Position numbers and translations under genes: made by a program. Shown piece by piece: positions 26,384 through 40,110 of a DNA stretch of 64,000 bases. The first letter of the stretch is position 1. Every line of letters begins with the position of its first letter. Origin of the DNA: Eledone cirrhosa (lineage: Eukaryota); the NCBI GenBank assembly GCA_964016885.1, contig OZ024741.1:81034001-81098000 (forward strand). Reading direction: 5' to 3'. Below the pieces are notes generated by a model. The model was given only the letters and a program-made list of their open reading frames with translations. It made no database searches and was not told the DNA's origin.

Positions 26384-28576
26384 ATATAATAGATATATAA
26401 TATTCTCTACTTTGGTATCGAGCACTCTTTCTTTTTTTTATTTGTAAGCTCAAACGTATGTATAAACATAATTTTAAAAATATGCTTGAACACTGACACC
26501 GAGACACTGATAAATCATAGGAAATCTAGTTATGTTGAAGTAAATTTAATTGGAACTAATACCATTGACTGTATATTTCTTTTCTGAAGATAACCATCTG
26601 TGTCTTGCTTAAGAAGTTTTCATTTTCTCCTCTCAAAGAAATAACCAGAGATCAAACTGAAGTTCCACATAACTACACCATGCCTCACACACTTTCACTA
26701 TACCTCACACCACTCCACCATTCTTCACAACACTCCACTATAGCTCAAGGCACCCCACCATACCTGATAACACTTTACCTCACAACACTCCAACACCCCA
26801 AATGATTCTATTCTTCTTGAAAACCATTCCTATTCATTTAACCCTTTTAATATGAAACCACCCAAAACTGCTTTTGGTTGTATGATACAAAACTATTCAT
26901 TTCGAAGTGTTTATATTAAAAATAAACAAACAACTTTCAACATAATTATTTTCAAAATTATTATAGTCACATACAGATACATTTATAACAAAATGCAACT
27001 ATAAATACACTACTGAAATTCTGGCACTCTTGATTCCAGGCCCATGCTGGATTATATGTAATAATAATCCAGCATTCACTTGAAACATATTATAAAGTTA
27101 TGAATGTTTAGCACTTTCCATACCAAGACACCTGAAGACACCTCTGTTTCTATGATACTTCTAAAAACCTTCCATCATAATTTCAGTTTAATAATGAGAA
27201 AGTTAGTCATATTAGTAAATCCTTCTAAATTTTTGATTATTTGAAATTCATAGCCAGTATGTTTCATTAGAAATATGGCAACAAAAGGATTATGGTGATG
27301 CCCCAGTATGGCAGCAGTCTAATGATTGAGACCAGTAAAGGAATAGAACAAGTATATTCAACAAGGTTGCAAATTGTTTCTGGTCAATGGTTCTTTAGAA
27401 AATGGATCATGAACACTATTGTCATTAGTGCCATCACCATCATTATCAGTACCATTATCACCATCACCATTGTTGTCAATGTCATACGTTTCCCCATTTA
27501 CCATGCCCTTCAATTTATTTAATTTGTAATCCAATGGATCTTGCAAGTAGTCTAAATATTAGATCAGAACTATCGAATATACTTGTATATAGGCTGAGAA
27601 ATATGACCCCCCCCCCAAAAAAAAACATAGTAAAATGGGGGGGGGGGGAGGAGTGGCTTACATTTGAGTTCAATATTTTGCCAATTTTCACCAATTTCAA
27701 ATTCTACATAAAATATCTGGAGTGATTATTTTACTATGAAACACTGTTTTTCTATATTCGATACATCATCATTGGTGTTATTTAGGAATAATCTTGAAAA
27801 TATTTCCAACAAATATTTATAATTTGAAATTTTTAATACATAAATACCCCATACACATGCATGCAAGCATACACGTTTTTCTCTGACTTAATACTTTTTC
27901 TTTCAATCTTGTGTTTTATTGCTCTTGCTCTCTCTCTCTCTCCACTCAGCCTCTCCTCTCAACTCACTTGCTGTCTCTCCCTCCCGCTTCTACTCTATGA
28001 ATCCCTATACAAAGTTCTCTTTGATCTCTTGCTTTCAAAATATTTCCAGCATGCAAGTGGCCAGAAGTAAACAAAAATTTGAGAAACTTGTTGAATGAAA
28101 CTTTTTAAAATGGATGAAATGGTAAAAAACCATTACATATTGAAATGAACACAAAAAAACTATACTCTAAAAGATACTTAAAGCATTTTAGACATCAAAA
28201 TATTAAAACTTCATAAACATATTTTATAGACATGAGAATTTCAAAACCATGCCATCTAAATATAAATGTATTGATTAGCTGCCTCAGCTTATAAACGGGG
28301 TTTGGATATTTTCCCATTTCTCAGACATAAAATAAGGGTGGTGGTGGCTTATATTCGAGGATATATGGTAAAATATGCAGTCATATATAGGTGGAGACAT
28401 TGCAGAAGATTGAAGATTGATTTGCAACCTCTTGGCTTTAGGTTCAGTCATACTGTGTAGCACATTGGGCAAGTATTTGCACTCACAGCTTTGAGTTGAA
28501 CAATGTCTTTTAAATTTATATTTGGAAAACAGTAACTGTGTGGAAGCATGTCGCATGTGTGTGTGTGTGTGTGTAT

Positions 28577-29192
28577 ATCATCATCATCAACGTTTAACGT
28601 CCGTGTTCCACGCTTGCATGGGTTTGGACGGGGGTATTCCCACTTGAGGCAAGAGTGATTGTCTTGCTCGCATAGGACTGTCTGGCAGGTTTTCTACAGT
28701 TGGATGCCCTTCCTAACACCAACCACATTTACAGTGTGGGTCTGGGAGGTTTTTACCGTGTTGCCTACACGGCCACATTACAGCGTGGACTGTGTGTTTT
28801 TTTGTCGTGACACCTACACGATCTCATTTGTTTCGGCCTGGATGGTGTGGCACCAACATAACTTTACATAGAAGGGGGCGGTGTGGATGGGGTGGGGGTG
28901 GCGGGACGGGGGTGTATTTTGTTAGAGATGCCTACTGACTGTAGTAGGTTTTACTTTGTATTTAGGTAAGGCGGGTCTTCTCTATTACTGAGTACCGCCA
29001 AAGGTCTCGGTCCAGTGACATTGTCTTGGTGAGGTGTAAGTGTGTGAGGTCGGAGTTTATCAGCTCGTCCCAGGTTTTTCTGGGTCTGCCTATTCCGTGG
29101 CTACCGTCTATCTTTATTGCCCTGCACTTTGTTATACAGCTATCGTCCTTCATGCGCATCACGTGACCATACCAACGTAGCCTTCTCTCTAG
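28577..29192 (-). mobile_element. RTE LINE short 3' fragment
   Basis: ERRLRWYGHVMRMKDDSC...EKTRLT* plus 3' UTR; near-identical to the other copies. Confidence 0.93.
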
Positions 29193-29469
29193 ATATATAT
29201 ATACTTTCTATTTTATTACATTTCTTCAGAGAAATATGAACTACATATAACAATAATAACTGGTGTGTGTGCACAAGTATGTATGTATGTGTGTATGTAT
29301 ATGTGTATATGCGGCTCAGTAGTTACTGATGATGTTGATCTTTTCTTCTTTTCGGATTATAGCTACTGTCACTCAGAGAGTGAGATTGGCTCAATAACGA
29401 GTGGGCAGCCATCATGTATGTGTGTGTATACTTCAGTTCACTTGAGTCATCAGATATAGGTTAAACACA

Positions 29470-30140
29470 ACAATAAACACTATCATCACGACCACAACAA
29501 CCAACACTATCACCACTACCACAACTACAAACACTATCACCACTACCACAACAACAACCAACACTATCACCACCACAACAATTATGACAAATATCACCAC
29601 CACCATGCACTAACTCTACTACTACCACTACCATCAACACTTGCTACTAGTGATATCAGCACTATTATCATGCACCTTTCACTCATCATATGCAGCAGCA
29701 ATGGTAGTTCCATCATCAATCTGCATGACATATTTCCATTAGAACAGGTGTTTTTACACCTGGATGGCCAGTTTACCTGTAAGAAAGTATCCAATTAATT
29801 CCAGCCTGTCTCTGATTAAAAGAACTCCTCTCTGCCACAAGATTTTCCACCACCAGCAACACCACTACCACCATGACCATTATTTTAACCACTAGCACCA
29901 CCACCACCACCACCACCTTAACAACCACTGCCACTGCCATAATCACCATAATTACTTTTATCATCTCCACAACAGCAACAACCATCACTACCACACCATT
30001 GTCTTTGACTATCACATTCACCATAACAACCCCTGCTACAATCACTATAATTACGATCACCACCATCACAACAACAACAAAACAACCACTGCAATCCCCA
30101 CAACTACCACTATCACCACCACAACCCATCCCCACCTGAT
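29470..30140. repeat. Degenerate (CAC/CAA/CAT)n trinucleotide region
   Basis: Low-complexity sequence giving Thr-rich and Val-rich pseudo-ORFs; a unique insert lies at about 29670-29850. Confidence 0.8.
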
Positions 30141-31054
30141 ACCTCCATCACACATACACACTACATACTTTTTATTATCTATTTTTTTCCATTTCCCCCA
30201 CCACCATTTCAATTCTTGCCAGATTTAGTCAAGCGTAAAATCTTAAGAGAAGTAATAATAATAATAACAATAATAATAGTAGTTATAATAGTAATGACTA
30301 GCTAAAGGGTAATTAATTTGAATCAATTTTATATGGCTCACTTGACACTCCACCCACCCACCTGTATTGTGCAAACACCTCTGGTTTCACACCTGTTTTT
30401 TTTTTATTTTAACATTATATATTTTCAATATATTTATTTATTTATCTATTAATCTATTCCAGGTTTATATAAATGGTTTACTGCCACACAGATAATATTC
30501 TCAAGACATTTTCATCAGAACTACCCAAGAAATAAACTACTAAAAGTTTGACATGTTCCATTGGTCAGACGGTCAATCTGCTGCCAATGCCCTCTACAAG
30601 AAAGACCCAGCATGCCGAGACTATCATGAGGATGACATTACCATACTCCTTTAGCAGGGAAAAGCAAGCAGTTTTTCTCTGTTTGGTTACTATGGCAAAC
30701 GGAGACATATGGTGGATGAAGTTAACAGGACTCAGCATAGGTTTGAAGGTCTGAAAATGAGTTCAATTTTCTTGGAGAGGTCATTTGCCCATGGTTGACA
30801 GGGTGACCATGGACTTGTGAGGTTTCTCAATTGTTTCTTTTTGAAAGTTTTGTATAAAGAGGACTGTTTCGCCAAGTATGCCGCACATACACGTGTTGTT
30901 TGCTTGTGTGTGAGTGTGTATATATATAAATTCCTCTTTCTTTTGCAATCACCAATTGATCTTCATAAACCCCCACATGCTATGCAACCTGTCCTTGTAA
31001 TGTCCCATTCATCTTACACCCTTGTGGCAAATAAATGACATTATTATTATTATT

Positions 31055-31680
31055 AAGGAGGTGGATTGGCAGTATTGGTAGAGGGTCAGACATGCTTTCC
31101 AGCGTAGTTACGTCCCTTTATGATCTGAGTTCAAATCCCGCTGAGGTTAACTTTGCCTTTCATCCTTACGGGGTCGATAAAATAAAGTACCAGTAATGTA
31201 CTGGGTAATTTCTGGCCTTGGGCCAAAAGTAGAAACAATTATTAAGGAGGTGGATTGGTAGAATCAGTAGAGCGTTGGACACCATGCTTTGTAGCACAGA
31301 GTTATGGCTCTTTACATTCTGAGTTCAAATCCTGCCAAGGTTAGCATTGCCTTTCATCCTTACGGGGTTGATAAAATAAAGCAGGAGTAGGTACTGGGGT
31401 CGATTTAATAGACTGTCCCTCCCCCTTCAAAATGCTGGCCTTGTAGCTAAAGTAGAAACAATTATCATTAAGGAGGTAGATTGGCAGAATAGTTAAAGCA
31501 TCTGACAAAATGCTTTGCAGAATTTATATATATTCTGAGTTCAAATACTGCTAAAGTCAATTCTGCCTTTCACTTCTCTGAGGTTGATAAAATAAAGTAC
31601 CATTCAAATACTGGAGTTGATATAATTGACTTACCTTTTTTGTTCAAATTGCTAGCCAAGTGTATAAGAAAATTATTATA
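31055..31680 (+). mobile_element. Head-to-tail trimer of SINE family A
   Basis: Three units start TTAAGGAGGT(G/A)GATTGG at about 31055, 31243 and 31470, with increasing divergence left to right. Confidence 0.85.
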
Positions 31681-31834
31681 TCTATTTTGTTTTGGTGATT
31701 TCCTCTTCCTTTAGAACGATGTAAACTGCTCAGTGCATTGGTTTTTGTCCTTGTGTTGTCCCCAATATAATGTGCCCTTGTGATCAATAAAAGAAATCCC
31801 CCCTCCTTCTCTTCATTATTATTATTATTGGAAC

Positions 31835-32020
31835 AGTGGATTGGCAGTATCGGTAGAGGGTCGGACGCCATGCTTTCCAGCATAGTTACGTCTCTTTACG
31901 ATCTGAGTTCAAATCCCGCCGAGGTTGACTTTGCCTTTCATCCTTACGGGGTCGATAAAATAAAGTACCAGTAATGTACTGAGTAATTGCTGGCCTTGTG
32001 CCAAAAGTAAAAACAATTAT
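31835..32020 (+). mobile_element. SINE family A
   Basis: Full body, flanked by the direct repeat TATTATTGGAAC. Confidence 0.85.
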
Positions 32021-32381
32021 TATTATTGGAACTTTTCTTGTTGGCAATTTATTGATTTTTTACCCTTTCTTACTTAATGTAAATCCCTGCTAAGTTTTGT
32101 AATTTGTCTCTGAAGGCCCTTGTGGTCAATAAAAGAAATCATTAATTCTGGATAATGGATTCTTACTTTTAACAGTGAAAGATGTATGGAGGTTCTTGCG
32201 TTGATGAACACACTGAATACATCCTTATGAGGATATTGGTCATCTCCTGGAAATATGTAATGCATGGTTGATGAGTAGAAATGTGGTGTGTTCAAACTCA
32301 ACTTAACTAATGGGTTCCCACCAATGCGTGGGTCTGGTAACCCTAAATGTCTATGTTTTTATATCATACTTTGTATTTAGA

Positions 32382-32707
32382 GTGAAGGCGCTTGGCTTAG
32401 TGGTTAGAATGACGGGCTTACCAATCGTGAGGTTGTGAGTTTGATTCTCAAACCGGGCTTTGCATTGTGTTCTTGAGCAAGACACTTTATTTCACCTTGG
32501 TCCAGTTCACTCAGCTGTAGAAATGAGTTGCGGCATCACTGGTGTCAAGCTGTATCGGCCTTTGCCTTTGGACAACATCGGTGGCATGGAAAGGGGAGAG
32601 GGTATGCATGGGTGACTGCTGGTCTTCCACAAACAACCTTGCCTCAGAGGGGAACTTTCTAGGTACAAATTCCATGGTAATTTGTGATTGAAGGGGGTCT
32701 CTACCCT
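32382..32707 (+). mobile_element. tRNA-derived SINE family C (family-B-like head and core, different tail)
   Basis: TTGGCTTAGTGG...TTGAGCAAGACACTTTATTTCAC, then a distinct tail ending GAAGGGGGTCTCTACCC. Second copy at 50347-50693 (-). Confidence 0.75.
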
Positions 32708-34454
32708 GTGTTTAATAATAATTTTATTCTTATTATTTAATGTTTTATCAAATTTTCTGTCTATTGTACCCACATTCTTATATCAATTTATCTGTCCAGC
32801 CCCTCATATATTGTAACCTTATCTTTATAATGTTTACTGTATTATATATAACACTGCCTAGTCCGACATAGTGTAACCTCTTTGTTTACAATGTTTATTG
32901 TATTATATATAACATCATCAGTCCAGCCCCCACATGTATTGTAACTGCTAAGTTTATAATGTTTACTATATCCTATGTCCAAGATCTTGTGGCTAATAAA
33001 GTAATGTTCTTGTAATGAATTAGATTTGCACATAGAAGAATACACATTTGGTTGTTAGTATAATTAAAAAAAAAAATTAAAAAATCATCTTGGATTTCAT
33101 GCTCAACTGAACAGAAGAATTTTTTTTTTGGCATAGAATATTTTCATAGAGAGATGGGGAAGGGGCTCTATTACTGGTATTGTTTCAGTTGAAAAAGACC
33201 TTAATTTACTAAACTTTTTTCCTCCAGTTTGCTGCCAGGCATTTCAAACTAAGATAGTATATACCCTTTCCCCAACCATTTTTAACAAAAACAAAAAATT
33301 CCTCAATTTAGGCACATAAAAAAAAAATCCCCAAACAAACAAAACAAAACGGAAAACAAAAAACAAACAAAAAATAGAAACCATAGAAACATTTGTACTT
33401 TTAACCATTTCATTACCATATTTCTATTGAAAGAGACTACCTGTGATTTTCACATCATTTTGAAAATATTCAATAATATAATAAGCTGGTATTTAAAACA
33501 AAGTTTTTTTTTACATAAACTTATGATGGAAGGTTTTTAGATCAATATAAATACTTGAAAACAAACTGGGACAATTTGGTATTAAAAAGGGTTTAGAAGA
33601 AACTTGAAATACAATTTTCAAAGGCCAATAAATCTTGTACCATGAAACATGCAAACCTTGTTAGCCAAAATTCTAATGGAGAAAATAATAAACTTCCCTC
33701 ATTCTCTTGTGTTGCCAGTAACAAGGAAATTGTAAATATGAACCAACCAGCACAGGAAATGAAAGCTTGGCAAAAATATGTAACCCAAAAAATACTTCCT
33801 TATGAGAGTTTCTTATCCCCAAGTGGGAGAGGGTTTTCAATTGCCCCCAAAGAAATGGCTAAAAGCGGTCATGGCTGATGTATGGAAGGATGTGGTATCC
33901 ATCAAAAGCAGTGGAATATAACAGCTGTTGTAAGGCCATGCAACTACAGAAAACATGCCTCAAGTGTCTTGTCCAACCCATGCAAGCATGGAAAAGCATA
34001 AAAGCAATGATGTTACTTATAATTATTATTATTGTTGTTATTAATGCTGAAATATAGGAGGCAATGATAGCATCATACAGTACCAACTAAGTACTCAGGT
34101 CAATATAATCAACTTTCCCCATCACCCAAATTGCTGACCCTGTACCAATGTTAGAAAGAAATCTTTTTCTTATAATTACTACAACTAATACTATTAAGAA
34201 ACAGAAAGAGGAAAGAAAGTATCTGCCTGATAGAATAAGATTTATGGCTTGATTATTGAAGTAGGGAATTGAAGGGATGTGGTTGGGATGGGAGTTACTG
34301 AAGAGTGAAAATGGGAATCAGTGTGTGTATCTGTGAAGGAGGGGGGGAGGAAGAGAAGGGGCTGTAAAAGAACCTTATACATTTAAACACTTCATCATTT
34401 ATGAGAGTTGTGTATGTTCATGTGGAAGAAAAGTACATCAAGTACACACACACA

Positions 34455-34502
<48 letters not shown>

Positions 34503-36679
34503 AACACATACACATATATGTATGTGCGTATGCATATATATAAATGGTATTGATTATGATAATGAGTGCGTGTATAAGAACCTGTCAAGCGTTCAATAAG
34601 TGTGAGTTCGTGTATGTGTATATATGCCTAACGTATGCATGTAAGAGTTGAAAGGGGTGTATGATATATGTATACATGCAACTCTGCATACAAATAGGTG
34701 TGCACACAGATACATACAAATAAATTTTACAGGCATAGAAAACGATCATCATCATGATATTTATATATGCACAAACACACACATATATATATATATATAT
34801 GCTAGCGTGGAACATGGACGTTAAACGATGATGATGATATATATATATACATACACATATTCATAGCGTGGAAGATGGACGTTAAACGATGATGATGATA
34901 TATATATATACACACATACACACATATATATATATATATGTACATACATACACATTCATATATATATACATACACACACATATATATATATACATACATA
35001 CATACACAAACACACACATATATATACATACATACATACACAAACACACACATATGTATACACACTTGCACACACACAAACATACGTGCATGTGACAAGA
35101 TTAAAGAAAAAAAGACAACAATGAATTCTTCCCCAAATATCATGTTGATTCCTAGTAAGAGGTAAAGAGCTTTGTTTAACGAAAAGTAACCAATTCACTA
35201 GATCGGAACAACAGAACGATGATGTTGAGTAAAAAATGCTGGGTTTTCATGCTGATCAGGCTTGTATCGGTGGTGGGTTGTAATTTCTAGATACTCAACT
35301 CTATGGAGGTTCCTTCATCTGAAACTAATGCAGTGGACAATGTGTGGTGGCCAGATCACTCGTGCCCGGTTGCATTTATGACTCTTAAGCCAATCATGTT
35401 ATTGATCTATCAATATCTATCTATACATCTATCTATTCTCTCTCTCTCTCTATATATATATACACATACACACAACATACACAACTGTAACCACATGTGC
35501 AAACACATACATATATCTATATATAGAGAGAAAGGGAGATAGCGAGAGAGAGAGAGGTAAAATGCTTATATATATATATCGATAACGTTTGGATATGTCA
35601 TGTGTGAAAAAATGAAAAGCTATCTATCGCTCTTTCTTAAACTCATTAAGATTTATCGCCCAAGAATTGCAAGGCAACTGCAAACTTGACTGCAGATGCA
35701 ATCTGGTGAAAATTGTGGGAATGTGAGGGATTAGGCAAAGAGATAAAAACAAAATCACACACTCACTCACACATACATACATATACACATAAAACTAAAT
35801 ATATATGCATGCAAAGCCATACTGACTTTCAATCTTCTTATATTGCTCTCTCACTAAATCTCCCATGTATAATATATTGTTATATTTGGGGACGGTCATG
35901 TTGCTAGCATTACAAATATAATAAAAAAAAACATATGCATTATATTATTTTCACTTCATCTTTATTATTAGTTCTGGTTAGTTTGTCAAAGTTCTTTTGT
36001 CACACATTCTGTGACCTCCGCAATGACTATCTGTTCCCTTCTGTGCCTCAATCTATAACATCATCTTGTTGTTTTTGTGCTATGATTTTCGTGTTTCCTG
36101 CTTGTGCATGTGATTGTGCCAGCACCATCGCCTGTGTGTGTGTGTCTTTGTGTTTGTCATGTCTATGTGTGGGTTTTATCTTTCTGTTGGTGTCTTCTTT
36201 TTGAGACACGAAACACAAAGAAGATACCACAGCAGTGGAACAGCAGTACTATCTCACATCATTAGCTTATCTCTCTCATTTTTAATCATAATTCAGTTTA
36301 TTCCTTCTACACATAAACAACTTGCAGTTTACAATATTTCGTCAAATATAAGTAACAGTTATGGAATAAAATTTTGCCAAGGACTATTCCAGCTAGTGTT
36401 CTTGTGTATATCTCAAATTAAATAACTTCAACTACACTTCATCCTAATCACAATCAATTACCCCACACAATCTATGGAGTCTCTCATACACTCAATCTTA
36501 CAATTTTACATTCTTTTCATCCTATTTTTTAAAAAGTGACCCATGTTTAGTCTGTCATACATTCAATCCTACAATCTTACATTTTATTTCATAGTATTTA
36601 CATAAATATATATATATATACATACACACACACACACGTCTCTAAATACATATTAAACATTATATATACATATATATAA

Positions 36680-38592
36680 GACAGTCTCCCCCTCATCGAC
36701 CCAATAGAGGGATCAGCAGTGTTAGTCGAAGCGAGTATAATAAGTAAGGCAATCAAAGATATGAAGACAGGTAAGGCGGCTGGGCCTTCGGAAATAGTTG
36801 CTGAGATGCTGAAAGCCTCTGGAACGGTGGGACACACCATGGTCACGGAAAAAGTAATAGCGCAACTAATCAGAGAGAGAATTGATCTAGATGAAATGCA
36901 GTTCGGGTTTGTGTCAGGCACAAGTACCACAGACGCTCTTTTCATTGTATGACAACTACAGAAGTACCTAGCTAAAAGTAAACCCCTATACTTAGATTTT
37001 GTCGACTTGGAGAAAGCCTTCGACAGAGTCCCCCGTTCCATTATCTGGTGGGCTCTTAGAAAACTAGGTGTTGATGAATGGCTTGTGAGAGCTATACAAG
37101 CCATGTATAAAGAAACAGCCAGCAAGGTTAGAATTAACAATGAATATAGTGAAGAGTTTAGCGTAAAAGTTGGTGTTCATCAGGGCTCTGTTCTTAGCCC
37201 CCTTCAGGCTATAACAGTGGAGTTCAAGACCGGCTGCACATGGGAACTCCTATACGCAGATGATCTAACGCTCATAGCTAAATCAATGGCCGAGCTAGAG
37301 AAGAAATTCCAAACATGGAAGCACGGCCTAGAATCAAAAGGCCTTAAAATTAACCTGGCTAAGACTAAAGTTCTAGTTTGTAGGAAAGAAAATAGGGCGC
37401 CGGTTCCTTCCGGGAAATGGCCATGCTCAGTGTGTAGGAAAGGCGTAGGTAGAAACTCCATTTTATGTCCCAAATACAAAGTATGGGTGCATAAAAGATG
37501 TAGTGGGATCACAGGTAAGCTAACTAAGAACATAGATTTTACATGTGGCCGGTGCTCTGGTGCAATAAGTAGCAGCAAGTGCCCACAAATACTAGCTCTT
37601 TCAATTGCACAGAGGGTTCTATAGAAATAGTGGACAGCTTCCGTTACCTGGGTGACAAAATCAGCAGTGGGGGAGGGTGCTCCGAAAGTACAGTAGCTAG
37701 AGTCAGAACTGGATGGAAAAAGTTCAGAGAGCTTATACCACTATTAGCCGCTAAAGGGTTGTCCCTAAAAATGAAAGGCAGGCTGTATGATGCCTGCATA
37801 CGAACAGCAATGTTGCATGGCAGTGAGACCTGGGCATTGTGTGCAGAGGATATACGCAGACTAGAGAGGAACGAAGCTTGCATGCTCCGCTGGATGTGTA
37901 ATAGTAATATACGTGAACGGCAAAGCATAAACGAACTAAGGGAAAAATTAGAAATAAGAGGGATCAGATGTTGTTTACTCGAGAGAAGGCTACGTTGGTA
38001 TGGTCACGTGATGCGCATGAAAGACGACAGCTGTATAAAAAAGTGCAGGGCAATAAAGATAGACGGTAGCCACGGAGTAGGCAGACCCAGAAAAACCTGG
38101 GACGACCTGATAAATTCCGACCTTAGACACTTACACCTCTCCAAGACAATGTCACTGGACCGAGATCTTTGGCGGTACTCAGTAATAGAGAAGACCCGCC
38201 TTACCTAAATACAAAGTAAAACCTACTACAGTCAGTAGGCATCTCTAACAAAATACACCCCCGTCCCACCACCCCCACGCCGCCCCTTTCAATGTAAAGT
38301 TATGTTGGTGCCACAACATCCAGGCCGAAACAAATGAGATCGTGTAGGTGTCACAACAAAAAACACACAGTCCACGCTGTAATGTGGCCGTGTAGGCAAC
38401 ACGGTAAAAACCTCCCAGACCCACACTGTAAATGTGGTTGGTGTTAGGAAGGGCATCCAGCTGTAGAAAACCCGCCAGACAGTCCTATGCAAGCAAGACA
38501 ACCACTCTTGCCTCAAGTGGGAAAACTCCCGTCCAAACCCATGCAAGCGTGGAACATGGACGTTAAACGATGATGATGATGATGATGATGAT
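36680..38592 (+). mobile_element. RTE-clade LINE, 5'-truncated (RT, PHD-like finger, C-terminus, 3' UTR, (GAT)n tail)
   Basis: Motifs GKAAGPS, EMQFGF, FVDLEKAFDRVP, GVHQGSVLSP, ELLYADDL, SFRYLG, RLRWYGHVMR, GRPRKTW. Frameshifts and internal deletions. Flanked 5' by (TA)n. Confidence 0.95.
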
Positions 38593-39596
38593 CATATATT
38601 CTGAAAGAATTCTTCATAAGAATTAGAGCACTTCTGAAAGACTACAAAGAATCTGCTAGTTCTTAGGTTTCATGTTTATTCTGTAAAGAGTTTTATAGAA
38701 TTTTCAAAAGCAGAAATTCTAGTAATCTCAAAGTCATTTTTTTTCTTTTCCATTGAAAAATAATAATTGTCTTTGTTCTAAATAAGAATGACACTACCTC
38801 TTTTTATACTAGTCTGAGACTGGTTCTTTGATACAAAATTACCAGTTTTAACCCTTTCATTATCATATTTCTAAGGAATGATGCTATGATTTTCAATTAA
38901 TTAAGTAGTATAAAGAACTTTTTCATCATGGTGGAATGTTTTTAGATAAATATAAACACTTTAAAATAAACAGTTTTGTATCATAGAACCAGGTGTGTTT
39001 ATATATGATGCTTTGCAGCAACTGGCATATAAATATGCAGACCCATCTATACACACACACCGACACCCACCCATACAAATGTCAACAAGCAAAATAGCCT
39101 GAGGATAGAGCTCTGCATGGAGTGTATAGATACAAATACAGTCTCACAGTTAGAATATGGTAAGTAGGAAAAAGAAAATTCAATTAACAGAAAAAGATTC
39201 TTGTAACTTTCGGACAGAAACTCGCTTTCAGGGTGTTCAGGTTATGAAAGAAAACAAGGGAGAGAAATCCTATTGTCTGAGCTTATATAAGCCACATGTA
39301 ACAATTATATATAAAATATAAATATTAGAAAAGTAGAAATCCAAACACAAATTTGCTACAATGATGATAGTGTTAGAAAATTGGATAAAATACCCTTGAG
39401 GAAAGGAAAAAAAGTGGCCAGCTGTAGTGGCTGCTGGTCACTTATAGTGAACCCCTAAAGGTATTTTAACCAATGTTCTAATACTATAACCATTGTAGGG
39501 AATCCCTGTTTGGATTTCAACATATCTAATTTCAAATCATCCAAATGCCTTGATAAATTGTTATATATATATAAAAATATGCATATATATATGCAA

Positions 39597-39628
<32 letters not shown>

Positions 39629-39925
39629 CAATTATAAGAAAGTTAATGAAATATATTCATACACATCTAAGCGTGTACTAAGATATCTCAATGCTTAAAG
39701 ATTAGAGATTAATCTGTACTGATTGCGAAATTACTTATTTCGTAGAGTATCTTATTGAAATTAATATAAATTAAAACAAAATACCTAATAATGATCAATA
39801 TATTTCCCTCATATGTATCCACCATAAAATCAGAATACATTTCACCAAATAATGGCAAAATTTGGTATTTTGAAACGGATCATCAGTGAGGGAATCCTTA
39901 ACTTTGAATGTAATATAATAATAAT

Positions 39926-40110
39926 TGTTTCTACTTTAGGCACAAGGCCAGCAATTACCCAGTGCATTACTGGTACTTTATTTTATCGACCCCGTAAGGA
40001 TGAAAGGCAAAGTCAACCTCGGCGGGATTTGAACTCAGATCGTAAAGGGACATAACTATGCTGGAAAGCATGGCGTCCGACCCTCTACCGATACTGCCAA
40101 TCCACCGCCT
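39926..40110 (-). mobile_element. SINE family A
   Basis: Full copy with 19-bp TSD AATGTAATATAATAATAAT (39907 / 40111). Confidence 0.88.

Noticed and set aside
29773-30139. Mucin-like Thr-rich and Val-rich ORFs
   Set aside because: Degenerate trinucleotide repeat with no splice or homology support.
36598-37578. Antisense ORFs overlapping RTE copies (also 42222-42800, 46014-46514, 49647-50324)
   Set aside because: Shadow frames of RT coding sequence.
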